47,809 nucleotides of DNA. Origin: Thermodesulfobacteriota bacterium (GTDB taxonomy: Bacteria > Desulfobacterota > Thermodesulfobacteria > Thermodesulfobacteriales > Thermodesulfobacteriaceae). The position numbers and the translations under genes were made by a program. The DNA is taken from positions 1 through 47,809 of the forward strand of contig QNAZ01000001.1 of NCBI GenBank assembly GCA_003641645.1. The letters run 5' to 3'. Shown one piece after another: positions 33,149-43,668 of this stretch; the first letter of the stretch is position 1; every line of letters begins with the position of its first letter. A model generated the notes under the pieces. That model searched no databases. It saw nothing but the letters and a program-made list of their open reading frames with translations, and was not told where the DNA came from.

Positions 33149-34114
33149 TTATGTTATTTTTATGACACTTAAAAAAGTTGCTCCATAGCCACCTCGAAGC
33201 GTTGAAGAATTATTTAAGTTTTTTGCATAAAGTTCGATGTAATCAGAAGCGTTTAAATTTAATATTTTGCTTATAATTAAATCGTGTGTGTCCGCTTCAG
33301 CTGCTTGTAACACTGTTGAAAATTTTTCAGCTCCGTTGATGTAAATTGCATTTATCAAAAAATCTCCTGCTGCACCTGGAATAAATCTTATTTTTCCTGT
33401 TATTAAGTATTTACCTGTTTCATTCACAGTAATACGATTGTTTGTAGAATCAAACTCATTTTGAGTGTCAATCTCTGTAGTATCTAAAGCTACTTTTGTC
33501 CATGTGTTTGCACTAATTGACTGATCTGTAGAAAGATATACTACACAACAGCTTTGCTTAGGAAAAGTTAAAATTCCTGCAGTGCTGATATTAAAAACTT
33601 GAGTTCCTGAAATAGAAATACTTATATCTGAATCAGAACTTACAGGAACAAAATCTGAAGCATGTTTACCATCTAAAAGATCAGCATCTAACCCTGAACC
33701 ACTTCCTTGTTTTATCCAATCATTTATATATCCACTACTATTGGCAACTGGGATAGTAAGTGGTGTAGGGGAAATATCCGCATGATGCCCATCAACTGTA
33801 TCACTATCTAAACCGCTCCCGCTACCGTCAACGTTTTTAAGCTTTGTCAATATTGTATTATCATCAACATTGCTTAAATCAACTTTAGCAAGATAACTTT
33901 CAAGCTGAGTAGATAAATTTGCTATTGTATCTTTTATCCATTTAGAAGTAGAACTATCATATCTTAAAATATTCCAATTATCAGGAGTTGAATTCCATAA
34001 ATCTTCAAACTTTGCTAAATAATCATTTAATTTTTGGAAGTTAGAAGAGTATATTGCATTCCACCCAGAAGTTCCATAATCACATCCCTCAAGCTGTGTG
34101 GGCTCGTATGTCAT
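33149..34114 (-). CDS. Tail fibre / receptor-binding protein with C1q-like C-terminal domain
   Basis: Two GSGSGLD(S/A)D..DG.H motifs; C-terminal V.LD.....FD....ITV...GKYLI...L.L...DYIEL. Confidence 0.75.
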   Translation of the reverse strand: MTYEPTQLEGCDYGTSGWNAIYSSNFQKLNDYLAKFEDLWNSTPDNWNILRYDSSTSKWIKDTIANLSTQLESYLAKVDLSNVDDNTILTKLKNVDGSGSGLDSDTVDGHHADISPTPLTIPVANSSGYINDWIKQGSGSGLDADLLDGKHASDFVPVSSDSDISISISGTQVFNISTAGILTFPKQSCCVVYLSTDQSISANTWTKVALDTTEIDTQNEFDSTNNRITVNETGKYLITGKIRFIPGAAGDFLINAIYINGAEKFSTVLQAAEADTHDLIISKILNLNASDYIELYAKNLNNSSTLRGGYGATFLSVIKIT

Positions 34115-35471
34115 GGTAATAGCCTCCTTCTCTATCTGAATTTAGTATATCTTTTACAAAAATTTCAGTATTGCCGTTACTTATTAGTATTTTTTCATTT
34201 CCATTATATAAGAAATCTTTATATTCTTTTAGAATCTTTTGTTCTTCTTTGAGAGCCTCATAACCATTTTCAAATTTCCAAACCCTAATAACTTTTATCT
34301 TTTTTTGGTCTTCTGGTTTAAATCTATTATAAATATCCTTTTTATTTGTAATCCCAATCTTGTAAAAGTCTTTGTTATTATGTTCTATTCTTATATAATA
34401 CAGAAAACTTGGTTTTGTAAAATCAATTCCTCCTTTATTACAATGAGGACAACCATATCCAGTAAGATGATTATGGGGAGTTTGTAAGAAGATTCTATTA
34501 CAGTTTTTACAAATTATTTTGACTTTTGTATCTTTATTTACATATTTTACTAAACTATAATCATATTTGTTTCCATGAATCCTTTTAGCTTTTTCGATAA
34601 ATTTCTCTTTACCTATTTTCTCTTTTTCTTTAATTCTTTCTATTGCACATTTTGGGCAGCCATTCCCTTGTAAGTGCATGTAAGCTAATTGTTCAAAAAT
34701 TCCATGTTTAGGGCAAATAATTTTAACTTTACTATGAGCTTTTTCATATTCTACTAATGAGTAGTCATACTTGTTTCCATGAACCTTTTTAGCTTTTTCT
34801 ATGAATTGTTCTCTTGTCATTGTTTGTCTTTTGCTTCGTTCTTCTAAAGCACATTTAGGACAACCTTGACCACTTAAATGTCTATTAGGAGTTTGTTCAA
34901 ATATTCCATGTTTTGGACATATAATTTTAACTTTTGTTTTGTTATTCTTATATTCTACTAAAGAGTAATCATATTTATTACCATAAATTTTTTGGGCTTT
35001 TTGAATAAACTCTTCTTTCGTCATTGATAATTTTTGTCTAATTTTTTCTATTCCACACTTAGGACATCCTTCCTTTCTTCTTAAATGTCTATATGGAGTA
35101 GTTTGAAATTCACCATGTTCAGGGCATATTACAGTTATAGGAGTATCACAATTAACATAAATCACTTTTGAGTAATCATACTTTCCCTTGTGGACTTCAG
35201 TAGCTTCTTTAATAAACTCTTCTAAAGACATTTTTCTTTTATCTGAATTCCTTTTTATGGTACACTTTTTACATCCTTTACTTCTTAATAGAGCATAAGG
35301 TAAAACTTCCCAAACATAACCACATTTTTTACATTTTACTTTAACTTTTGTTTTACTATTGACATAAACTGTTTCTGAAAAATCAAAAATATCATTACCA
35401 AATCTTTCAATACATCTTCTTATGAATTCTTCTTGAGTTAATTCTCTTTTTCTTTTCATCTTTTTTTTCAA
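34089..35471 (-). CDS. Free-standing homing-endonuclease-like protein: about five DUF723-type zinc repeats plus a GIY-YIG-like C-terminus
   Basis: Repeats of HG.KYDYS.V.Y.....V.IICP.HG.F.Q....HL.G.GCPKC; LYYIRI...YKIGIT...RF...E. The true start is probably ATG 35459. Confidence 0.78.
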   Translation of the reverse strand: MKKKMKRKRELTQEEFIRRCIERFGNDIFDFSETVYVNSKTKVKVKCKKCGYVWEVLPYALLRSKGCKKCTIKRNSDKRKMSLEEFIKEATEVHKGKYDYSKVIYVNCDTPITVICPEHGEFQTTPYRHLRRKEGCPKCGIEKIRQKLSMTKEEFIQKAQKIYGNKYDYSLVEYKNNKTKVKIICPKHGIFEQTPNRHLSGQGCPKCALEERSKRQTMTREQFIEKAKKVHGNKYDYSLVEYEKAHSKVKIICPKHGIFEQLAYMHLQGNGCPKCAIERIKEKEKIGKEKFIEKAKRIHGNKYDYSLVKYVNKDTKVKIICKNCNRIFLQTPHNHLTGYGCPHCNKGGIDFTKPSFLYYIRIEHNNKDFYKIGITNKKDIYNRFKPEDQKKIKVIRVWKFENGYEALKEEQKILKEYKDFLYNGNEKILISNGNTEIFVKDILNSDREGGYYHDIRAHTA

Positions 35472-35480
35472 ATTCTTATC
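35470..35480 (-). promoter_or_regulatory. GATAAGAATTT motif copy
   Basis: Exact copy 10 nt upstream of ATG 35459. Confidence 0.5.
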
Positions 35481-35528
35481 TTAGCATTTTATTCTTAAAT
35501 TGCAATACTTCTTAGGATTTTGGTATTA

Positions 35529-36305
35529 TTACCTTTCTATTTTAATCCAATTTTCAATTTTGCAAATCTCTTGCAATTTCTTTCTGTAAACAGTATATAA
35601 TCTATTCCTCATTTCTAAATACTCTTTTGGCTTATAATTTATGTATTTTGCTTGAATACAATTCGAATAAAATTTTAGCCATCCTTTTTCTTTCATAATA
35701 TAATGCCACAATTCGTGTTCACATAATTTCAATTCTTCGGGACACTTGCAGTCTAATAAGCATTCTATTTTAGCTATAAAGAAATTTCTTGTAATGCTAA
35801 CTGGAAGAAATTTTATATTCTTATAAACTATAGGAGGTTCTTTTGGAGTCTTAAGTAAAAAATATTTTCCTTTTACTAATTCAATATCATATTCATACTT
35901 TACCCTACCAACTAATTCAAACCCTACCAAAGCTCTTTTTTCTTCTTGACTAAGAAATTCAAGAACTATTTGAATTTCTTTATCATAATTTCTTTCAAAA
36001 ATGATACTATCTGCTATTAGAAATACAAAATTACAATTGCTCTCATAAGCCTTTTCAACTAAGAAATTTCTTGCTTTACATAATCCACAATCATATTCTA
36101 ACTTATAGTATTGTCTTTTTGCTTTTGTGTTATTTCTGAATCCTAACTTGTCAAAGTAATTATCTTTCTCTTTTGTAAAATGACCTTGATCTGCTACTAT
36201 TATGTAATAATCAGGGTAATATTTTACTAAAGCATTGATACATTGATATAAGAGTTTATCTCTTAGAAAAGTAGTAACTAAAAATGCTAAATTATTCATA
36301 ACCAA
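35529..36305 (-). CDS. GT-A (GT2-like) glycosyltransferase
   Basis: VTTFLR, IIVADQG, D.GLCKARN, LKLCEH. Confidence 0.75.
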   Translation of the reverse strand: MVMNNLAFLVTTFLRDKLLYQCINALVKYYPDYYIIVADQGHFTKEKDNYFDKLGFRNNTKAKRQYYKLEYDCGLCKARNFLVEKAYESNCNFVFLIADSIIFERNYDKEIQIVLEFLSQEEKRALVGFELVGRVKYEYDIELVKGKYFLLKTPKEPPIVYKNIKFLPVSITRNFFIAKIECLLDCKCPEELKLCEHELWHYIMKEKGWLKFYSNCIQAKYINYKPKEYLEMRNRLYTVYRKKLQEICKIENWIKIER

Positions 36306-37047
36306 AAATCTTTTTGAAAGTTTGAATTTTAATGTTTTCTCTAACTAACTTTATTTCTAATGGTGTTAATATTCTTTTGTATCTATTTTTATCAAAGAAA
36401 ATTTCTCTACTTCTCTTTAGACTTGGGTTACCATAAAGATAATGATGTTCAAGATTCCAAAATTGTAACATCTTTGGTTCAAACTCAATTCCTATAAAAT
36501 TACAAATATCTTCAGTAGTTTTCTCTGGAAACTGTGCTAAATTTTCATACTTAACTAAATAACTTACTTCTTTATACTGAGAATAAAAATAAAGTAATCT
36601 TTGCACTATTTCTGTCCACCTTACTATAGCTTTCTCTGGAGAATAAGATATTCTTTTACCTTTATAGAAAATGGTTTTCTGTTTTTTTAAAGAAGCTACA
36701 AATTCTTCAGGTTGTCTTATTAAAAAAATAAATTTTATTTTTACTTCGTATTTCTGACTATGTTTCTTTAGAAACCAAGTAAAGTCTTTTGAACTATCAA
36801 CTAAAATATCTTTATTTGTAACATCAAATAGTAAGTCATAAATATTGTCAATGGAAAACTTTTCCCGCTTTATCTTTGACCATATAGAGCAATTATTACG
36901 ACAGTATACACAAATAAAGAACCTATTTTCTCTGAAAGCTTTTGCTAACTCTCCTACATTAAATATTTTAGAATGTGAACCTAAAATAGTAGATAAGAGA
37001 GTTGAACCAGAATGGGGTGGACTTGCTATATTAACTACTAATTTCAT
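36292..37047 (-). CDS. Sulfotransferase
   Basis: PPHSGSTLL 5'-PSB, VDSSK, RQP...VAS 3'-PB, KYENL. Confidence 0.85.
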   Translation of the reverse strand: MKLVVNIASPPHSGSTLLSTILGSHSKIFNVGELAKAFRENRFFICVYCRNNCSIWSKIKREKFSIDNIYDLLFDVTNKDILVDSSKDFTWFLKKHSQKYEVKIKFIFLIRQPEEFVASLKKQKTIFYKGKRISYSPEKAIVRWTEIVQRLLYFYSQYKEVSYLVKYENLAQFPEKTTEDICNFIGIEFEPKMLQFWNLEHHYLYGNPSLKRSREIFFDKNRYKRILTPLEIKLVRENIKIQTFKKIFGYE

Positions 37048-38683
37048 AAGCTATTCCTTTTAAATCTAATTTAAATTCTCTTATTTGTGGGTATAATTGT
37101 CTAACTAACCTTTTACCTAAATACTTTCTCTTGTCTATTTCAAACTTTTCTTTTACAATAGACAAATTTTTTCTTTTATCTATTTCATTAGCCAATACAG
37201 GATGTTCTATATGATAAAGAATGCAATGAGGATAAGCTGGAATTACTTTTATACCTTTTGCTATAAATCTTTCAATTAAATCATTATCTTCAATTCCCCA
37301 GCCTTCTAATCTTTCATCAAAACCCCCAATCTCTATATAGTTCTTCTTATAACCAGCAGAAATACCTAAACCAAAAGGATAAAAGTAGGAATTGTCAAAT
37401 AAATTTCCACTCAAATCTTCATATTTAATATATCTTACATCAAAACTAATTATTTTATTTTTATCCAAAAATCTTTCTAATCTACTTGTAAACTCTTTTT
37501 CCAATACAATATCAGCATCTATAAAACATACATATTCATAATTAGCTAAAAATAATCCTGTATTCAAAGCTTTACTCCTACCCCATTTATCAGCTTCAAC
37601 TCTATACAGAAACCAATCAATTTGTAATTGATTCTTACATAATTCATACAGCAAACTGCTATATGTTTCGTCTGAACCATAGTCGATAACAATTAATTCA
37701 AAATTCTTGTATTCTTGTTCATTAATACTTTTCAGAAACTCTTTTACTAACTTCAAATCTTTATTTCTTATACCAACAATAAAACTTATGTTCTTTCTTT
37801 CTTTTTGTTTAAAAGAAGGTAAGAACATCTTATTATCGTGTATGAATTTAGCATGCCCATTTGTCATAAAATTAGAAGCAAACTTTTTTATTTCAGTAAT
37901 TTTCTTATTATTAAACCAAAAAACAGTTTTTCTAAATTTAATTCTTTCTTCTGCAGTTTTCAAATTTTCCAAATGTCTGCTATGTTTCTGATGATAGAGT
38001 GAAGTAAAATTATCAATCCATAATTCCTTGCAACCTTTAGCTAATAATCTCATATACAAATCTTGTCCATGTCCTACAGACATTAATTCTATATTCATTC
38101 CACAAACTAACTTCATCAGCTCAGTTGATACAGTTATGGAATTTCCATATCCATGTCTTAAATCTGCTTTATTTAAATAAAAGTCTTTTTCAAATCTTTC
38201 AAAATTTAATCTATTAGGAACATAAGGTAAACATTTCCTTTTACAGAAAATGATAGCATTAGGATATTTCTGTAATGTTTTTAAAGTTACTTCAACAAAA
38301 TTAGGACTATGTATTTCATCAACATCTCCATAATGTATATACAGTGTGTTTATTCTTTCGGTTGCATAAATCAAAGCTAAAGGTTTGTTTGGATAGTCTT
38401 CTTTGTGATAAATATATTCAACTTCAAGTTCTTTACAAATTTCTATATATCTATTACTATACCTTTTATTGCTACTTATATCTGACAATATAATTTTAGG
38501 TTTGCCAATATTCTGATTACAGAGCGACAATAAAGTATTATAAACTATCTTAGGTCTAACATTCCAAGCTGGAAAACAAAAAGTAATGTCAGTAGGTTTT
38601 AATTTTAATTCTTGATTAATTATTTCATTATTTATATACTTACCAAATTTATGTTCGAATCCTATTGTAGACTTTTCTATCAC
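37031..38683 (-). CDS. Two-domain GT2 glycosyltransferase
   Basis: Two GT-A domains: IDYGS, RSKALN, FIDAD, GGFDERLEGWGIEDND. Confidence 0.88.
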   Translation of the reverse strand: MIEKSTIGFEHKFGKYINNEIINQELKLKPTDITFCFPAWNVRPKIVYNTLLSLCNQNIGKPKIILSDISSNKRYSNRYIEICKELEVEYIYHKEDYPNKPLALIYATERINTLYIHYGDVDEIHSPNFVEVTLKTLQKYPNAIIFCKRKCLPYVPNRLNFERFEKDFYLNKADLRHGYGNSITVSTELMKLVCGMNIELMSVGHGQDLYMRLLAKGCKELWIDNFTSLYHQKHSRHLENLKTAEERIKFRKTVFWFNNKKITEIKKFASNFMTNGHAKFIHDNKMFLPSFKQKERKNISFIVGIRNKDLKLVKEFLKSINEQEYKNFELIVIDYGSDETYSSLLYELCKNQLQIDWFLYRVEADKWGRSKALNTGLFLANYEYVCFIDADIVLEKEFTSRLERFLDKNKIISFDVRYIKYEDLSGNLFDNSYFYPFGLGISAGYKKNYIEIGGFDERLEGWGIEDNDLIERFIAKGIKVIPAYPHCILYHIEHPVLANEIDKRKNLSIVKEKFEIDKRKYLGKRLVRQLYPQIREFKLDLKGIAYEISS

Positions 38684-39303
38684 CCTTTATTTTCCCACAC
38701 AAATCTATAAACTCTATCCTTTTCTGGTATTTCTAAATAGTCAAACAATTCTTTTTGCTTCTCTTTTTTGTTCAAATCATAAACATATATCCAAAAGATT
38801 TCACTTTTTATCTTTAAATTCTTCACTCTATTCATATATAATTCCCAATATTCAGCAATTGCTTCTCTTTTAGTAGTTGTATAATCTAAATCTGGAAAAG
38901 CGATATCCCAAATACTATCTTTATATATTTTATCTTTCCTTTTACTTGAATGCCAATGATTTCTTAGAATTCCGTCTTTTTCTGTCTTTCTTATAAAAGA
39001 TTCAACTACTTCTTCCTTGTCTCTCCAAATATGTACTACTTTTAGATTATCTAAATGATTATCAAAAAATTCAATATAATTCAGATAATAGAAAGCTGTA
39101 TCCCCCACTAATTGACCTTGAAAACTTTGTAACTCTTTCAATCTTTGCCGAGCTTTGTTAATATTAAAATTCCAATGTAATATTCCTTGTGGGGCTTTAT
39201 ACTCATGATAAACACAACAATTCTTACAACCATCTATTAGCTTTGCAATAGAAACAGTTCCACAACGACCTGTTCCAATTATAATCACATATTTCTTACT
39301 CAT
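38680..39303 (-). CDS. Sulfotransferase-like protein
   Basis: IGTGRCGTVSIA, HE, RDKEEVVES. Confidence 0.7.
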   Translation of the reverse strand: MSKKYVIIIGTGRCGTVSIAKLIDGCKNCCVYHEYKAPQGILHWNFNINKARQRLKELQSFQGQLVGDTAFYYLNYIEFFDNHLDNLKVVHIWRDKEEVVESFIRKTEKDGILRNHWHSSKRKDKIYKDSIWDIAFPDLDYTTTKREAIAEYWELYMNRVKNLKIKSEIFWIYVYDLNKKEKQKELFDYLEIPEKDRVYRFVWENKG

Positions 39304-39305
39304 CT

Positions 39306-39968
39306 TTATTTCTTTTCTTTAAATAAATCAAAAAGATTTACATAAGGAATATACTCATTTAAACCTGACTTTTCATAACAAGAATATACTTGAATCCCTT
39401 TTTCTTTTAAAGCTTCAATAGTTCTTACAAATTCTGTTATGAAAAAATTACAAATTTTTTTCTTAATGCTTTTTACCCAAGATTCTGGATAATCATCATG
39501 AAAATGCATTTTATCTGTTCCAAAATGTTCTTTAACTAAATCAATTCCTACCAGATAAATAGGATTTAGACCTAATAAGTACGCAATTCTTAAAGCTACT
39601 ACTCCACTATTATTAGCAGTCCTAATACAATTAAAAGTAGTAGGCAAATAATTAGCAGTACAGTTCTTAAATATAAAAGTATCTTCTCTATCCTTAAAAT
39701 CTTGAAGTCTTTCTGCCCAACTTGGGGCTAATTTAATGCAATCTAATTTATTAATCTCTTCTTTATATTGTTGATAGAATTTGAAATCTAAAAATATTAA
39801 AAATTTTACTTTACAGACTTTATAAGCTTTATTTGCTCCTACTGTTATTTCATCATTTAATAAGGAAAAATCAAACCCTTTCTCTTGATATTCTCTAATC
39901 GAATATCCCCCACCAATAACAAAACCTCTTTTTCCTTTGTATTTATTTATATATTCCGATAAATTCAT
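39306..39968 (-). CDS. Maf/DUF115 (MptE-like) sugar-transferase-family protein
   Basis: VIGGGYSI, VGAN, NSG..AL.IAY.LG..PIYLVGID, HFH. Confidence 0.72.
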   Translation of the reverse strand: MNLSEYINKYKGKRGFVIGGGYSIREYQEKGFDFSLLNDEITVGANKAYKVCKVKFLIFLDFKFYQQYKEEINKLDCIKLAPSWAERLQDFKDREDTFIFKNCTANYLPTTFNCIRTANNSGVVALRIAYLLGLNPIYLVGIDLVKEHFGTDKMHFHDDYPESWVKSIKKKICNFFITEFVRTIEALKEKGIQVYSCYEKSGLNEYIPYVNLFDLFKEKK

Positions 39969-40001
39969 ATTTTTCTAAATTCTTATTCTGATATTTCATT
40001 C

Positions 40002-42374
40002 TTAATTTGCAATATATTCTCCATCAGCAGTTCCAACTGTTAGACTTAAGCTATCAGAATAATACCCATTCCATTTAGCTCTTACAGATAAAGTAAAGCT
40101 ATTTGAGTTATCAATTGTAAAATGGCAGGTATCATATAAGGTCTCATCCCCACTATCGATATTCACTGCAATTTGTCCTTCATATTCAAATGGATATGTA
40201 TCAGTATAACTATCAGGACTTACTTTGCCTGCTCCTGTTAAGTAAACTTTTGTTATTGGAAATACATCTATTTTTACTATACTTCCACTTCTTACTGCTT
40301 TAATTCTTTCTGGTTTCAATGGTTTCCTTGCCTTTAATGTAGGATTGATTTCAATTGCAGTAGCATCTTCTAAACTTCCAATCCTATCTGCAAAAACTGG
40401 AACTATTTTCATGTAAAAAGTAGAAGTGTAATTTAACTGTATTACATTATCTGCAATTTCCGTAATAAAAGCTTCGGCATTGGCATTATGACTTGCTTTA
40501 CCAGACCAATGTATTCCTCTTATAATTCCAGTTATATGATAATCGGTATCACCATAAGGGTCATAATTTTGAAATGCCATTATTTCGTCATCTATTATCA
40601 AAACTCTTGGTTCTATAAACAATCTATCTCTTGATATATTATCATAAACTTTAAATTCCTTATAAGGTCTAAATATTACTCCTACTTCATCATCTATATC
40701 ATAAGTTGTATCTGGATAATCATTAACAATAGTTCCTGCTGTTGCAAATGTCTTAAAAGTTCCTTGATACTTATAATCTGTTCCATCAGTACTTACATAA
40801 ACAGCAAATCCTGTTTCATATCCTTTTTCTTTGCTAACACAAATCAAATAAGCTGGATTAGTTTTATAAGTTTCTGTATATTCTAACTCCACTATCTTTA
40901 TTTTTGTAAAAGGAGTTAAATCATAAGTGGGAGTAATCCAATGAGTTCCACCAGTATCAAGATAATGTTCATCAAATATTACATCTGTATGTTGTAACAA
41001 TGTCATTTCAACTTCATTGCTATCAATTTTTGGTTCACTAATACTGACAATTCTAAAATCTCCTTTTATTCCAATTTCAGTATTTTCTATTGTTATAACA
41101 TCTCCGATATTGTAGTAGGAATATTTTAATGGAACAGTAATATTCAATGCAATTCTTGGATAGCTCTCTCTTTTCATTACATCAAAAAGTCTTTTTAAAG
41201 CAATACTTCTTTGAGAAAATGCTGTCAAATCATAAGTCTTCTGAATATCTTTACCAGCAAGAAGCTTTGCAGCAGGATTTTCTACTACCAAAGTTCTTAC
41301 TACTCCATTTTCTACAAAATTCGCTTGAAACTCATTAGGAACAGTATTCCAGCTTGGTTTACTAAATTGAAAAGAAATAAAATCGTCTTTTATTGTTCCA
41401 ACTGAAGTATCACTTTTCTTTAAAACTCTTATTGTAATTTTTCCATTATCATCATATTCCAATTGAGCATCTACCATATCACAAATTTCCTGAACAACTT
41501 CTCTTAACTCTCTTGTAGAAGAAATAACATAACTAATTCCTATTTTCTGATTGTAAAAATATTCTGCTGCTTCTGAAAATGAAGTAGAATTAATATAAGT
41601 TACATCTAATTTTCCCCAATTAACCAATAAGTCATATATTACTGCTGCTGGATTATTTCCATAATAAACTCCATCAACTTCTATATCTTCATAAGGTAAT
41701 CCTGTTTCTAATATTCTTCTAACCCAGAAATATATAGTAGGAACATAAGTTCTATTTAGTCCTATATGCATTTTCTTGAAAAAGATATGAGCAACTCCAG
41801 GAAGTCTGCTTGCATATTGTAAATCTGAATTATCTGAAGTAGTTGGATAATCTTCAGTTGTCCCATCATTAAATATTAGATAAGAAACATATACTTTATT
41901 ATTTGGAATATCACTAACAACTCCTACTGCAATAGAAAAAGGATATTCTTCTTCACCAATAGTTTTGCTTTCATCATTATCAATAAAAATCTTTTCTAAA
42001 GCAATCTTTCCCATACAGATTGCTTGCCAAATATCTAAATAATAGTGATAGCCAACGGTAACTTCTTCACTACCTCCACCTTTTCCACCTTCTACTTTTT
42101 CTGTTTCTTCTTCAGTTACTAAGCCTCCATAGTAGATAATATTTCCTGGAATTTTTACTCTACCATAAACAATTGGAATAGGTTGCCCTTCATTTGCTTG
42201 AGAAATAGAAAAATCAGATAAAGAAGCAGGTTTCATTTCCAATCCTTTAGGTTTAGGTCTATATAGATAAGCCAAATAAGATAATCCTGCCATTACAATA
42301 GCAGCAAGAATAGACCCAGTAAAATACCAAGTTAAAGCTCCAGTCATTAATACTCCTAAAAGCCAGCCAGCCAT
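40002..42374 (-). CDS. Tail tip / host-specificity protein (GTA megatron / Phage-tail_3-like)
   Basis: EGQPIPIVYGRVKIPGNII, GGKGGG, NPAAVIYD, IDDEIMAF, RG...A..H. Confidence 0.85.
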   Translation of the reverse strand: MAGWLLGVLMTGALTWYFTGSILAAIVMAGLSYLAYLYRPKPKGLEMKPASLSDFSISQANEGQPIPIVYGRVKIPGNIIYYGGLVTEEETEKVEGGKGGGSEEVTVGYHYYLDIWQAICMGKIALEKIFIDNDESKTIGEEEYPFSIAVGVVSDIPNNKVYVSYLIFNDGTTEDYPTTSDNSDLQYASRLPGVAHIFFKKMHIGLNRTYVPTIYFWVRRILETGLPYEDIEVDGVYYGNNPAAVIYDLLVNWGKLDVTYINSTSFSEAAEYFYNQKIGISYVISSTRELREVVQEICDMVDAQLEYDDNGKITIRVLKKSDTSVGTIKDDFISFQFSKPSWNTVPNEFQANFVENGVVRTLVVENPAAKLLAGKDIQKTYDLTAFSQRSIALKRLFDVMKRESYPRIALNITVPLKYSYYNIGDVITIENTEIGIKGDFRIVSISEPKIDSNEVEMTLLQHTDVIFDEHYLDTGGTHWITPTYDLTPFTKIKIVELEYTETYKTNPAYLICVSKEKGYETGFAVYVSTDGTDYKYQGTFKTFATAGTIVNDYPDTTYDIDDEVGVIFRPYKEFKVYDNISRDRLFIEPRVLIIDDEIMAFQNYDPYGDTDYHITGIIRGIHWSGKASHNANAEAFITEIADNVIQLNYTSTFYMKIVPVFADRIGSLEDATAIEINPTLKARKPLKPERIKAVRSGSIVKIDVFPITKVYLTGAGKVSPDSYTDTYPFEYEGQIAVNIDSGDETLYDTCHFTIDNSNSFTLSVRAKWNGYYSDSLSLTVGTADGEYIAN

Positions 42375-42376
42375 TT

Positions 42377-42868
42377 TTACTTTCCTTTCTTAACCAATCT
42401 AATAACCAACCTTAAATGCCTTTTCCAATAATTAGTTAGCTTTTCTATGCAAACTCCCCTTTTAGGAGTAGAATGTATAAATTCATCATTTCCTAAATAA
42501 ATTCCAGAATGGTTTATAATTCCTTTCTTATTTAGTAGAGAAAATCCTAAATAGTCTCCTTCTAATAAATTTTCTTTATTGAAATCTATTTCCTGAAAAT
42601 CAAATCCATTCTTTAATAACTTTCTATGTTTTTCTACATAATCCAAAATAATCTGTTTATCTGTATGAAGCCACCAGTCTTTAGGATAATAATCATAATT
42701 CAAATCTTTCAATATTCCCAAATTCACTAAGGTTTTACCTATAAACATATTGCAATCAACCCCTCTGCCTTTGACAGTTCCCATGTGCTTATAGGGAGTT
42801 TGTATCCATGATAGAAGTTCTTCTTTTGCTCTTTTCCAATTTTCCTTATTCTCAAAATAATAAATCAT
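42377..42868 (-). CDS. NlpC/P60 tail peptidase
   Basis: W..TPY.H.G...G.GVDC, HSGIY, FIHS. Confidence 0.88.
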   Translation of the reverse strand: MIYYFENKENWKRAKEELLSWIQTPYKHMGTVKGRGVDCNMFIGKTLVNLGILKDLNYDYYPKDWWLHTDKQIILDYVEKHRKLLKNGFDFQEIDFNKENLLEGDYLGFSLLNKKGIINHSGIYLGNDEFIHSTPKRGVCIEKLTNYWKRHLRLVIRLVKKGK

Positions 42869-42871
42869 TCT

Positions 42872-43666
42872 TTAGATTCCCCAAATTGTCGGATTCTTAC
42901 TTGGTATGTATGGAAAACCTAAAAAGTTTTTCAAATTATTAAATCTGTTTTTGCAAGTTTGAGGAGTCTTATCACAACCAGGATAAACTGTTACAACTTT
43001 TCCATCAACATCTTGGTCAAATGGAGCATGCAAATATATTAAATTGTTAGCTTTATCATGTTTTGTTATCATTCTATATTCTTTATTATATTCAACATAA
43101 CCATAAGTAAAGTAATCTTCTTCATAATCCCCAAAAGTAGAAGATTGCAATGCAGAACCATTATTTACAACAGCTACAGTAGTTTCTACTTTGTATTCTC
43201 CTCTATTTAATCCACATCTGCTATCAAATAAAGTGTTATTACAATAAGAAGAATAAACTAAAGGAGGGACTATTGCTTTATTTAAGCTTAATATGTCAAC
43301 TGCTCTAAAAGTTAGAGTTCTATTACTAACTCCAACAATTTCTCCTTCTCCAACAAATATTACTTTTCCAACATCTTTTTCTATAAAATATCTTGTAATC
43401 TTAACTTTTATTCTCGGAATGTTATAGTTCAGAAATTGGAATGTAACATTTTCTTTTGTTGCAAATGAAATAGTAACAACCTTCTCTTCTCCTTTTTCCT
43501 TTGTTATTTCAGTTCTTTCCATTACACAAGGAGTATAAGTATTTGTAGCATAAGTAATCTCTTGTGGATATGGAGTTAAATATAAAGTAAAATCAGGAAA
43601 TATAATATCATATAATTCTGCAAAAACTGAAAGCTGTGTTTGTTTTACTTCATCTTGGTAAGCCAT
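42872..43666 (-). CDS. Tail hub protein (DUF2163 / BR0599 family)
   Basis: C.NTLFD..CG; PGCDKT..TC..RFNN..NF.GFPYIP. Confidence 0.88.
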   Translation of the reverse strand: MAYQDEVKQTQLSVFAELYDIIFPDFTLYLTPYPQEITYATNTYTPCVMERTEITKEKGEEKVVTISFATKENVTFQFLNYNIPRIKVKITRYFIEKDVGKVIFVGEGEIVGVSNRTLTFRAVDILSLNKAIVPPLVYSSYCNNTLFDSRCGLNRGEYKVETTVAVVNNGSALQSSTFGDYEEDYFTYGYVEYNKEYRMITKHDKANNLIYLHAPFDQDVDGKVVTVYPGCDKTPQTCKNRFNNLKNFLGFPYIPSKNPTIWGI

Positions 43667-43668
43667 AA

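Noticed and set aside
34440-35440. Roughly 204-nt DNA repeats suggesting an array or DGR template
   Set aside because: They encode in-frame protein repeats of the endonuclease, and no reverse transcriptase is present in the window.
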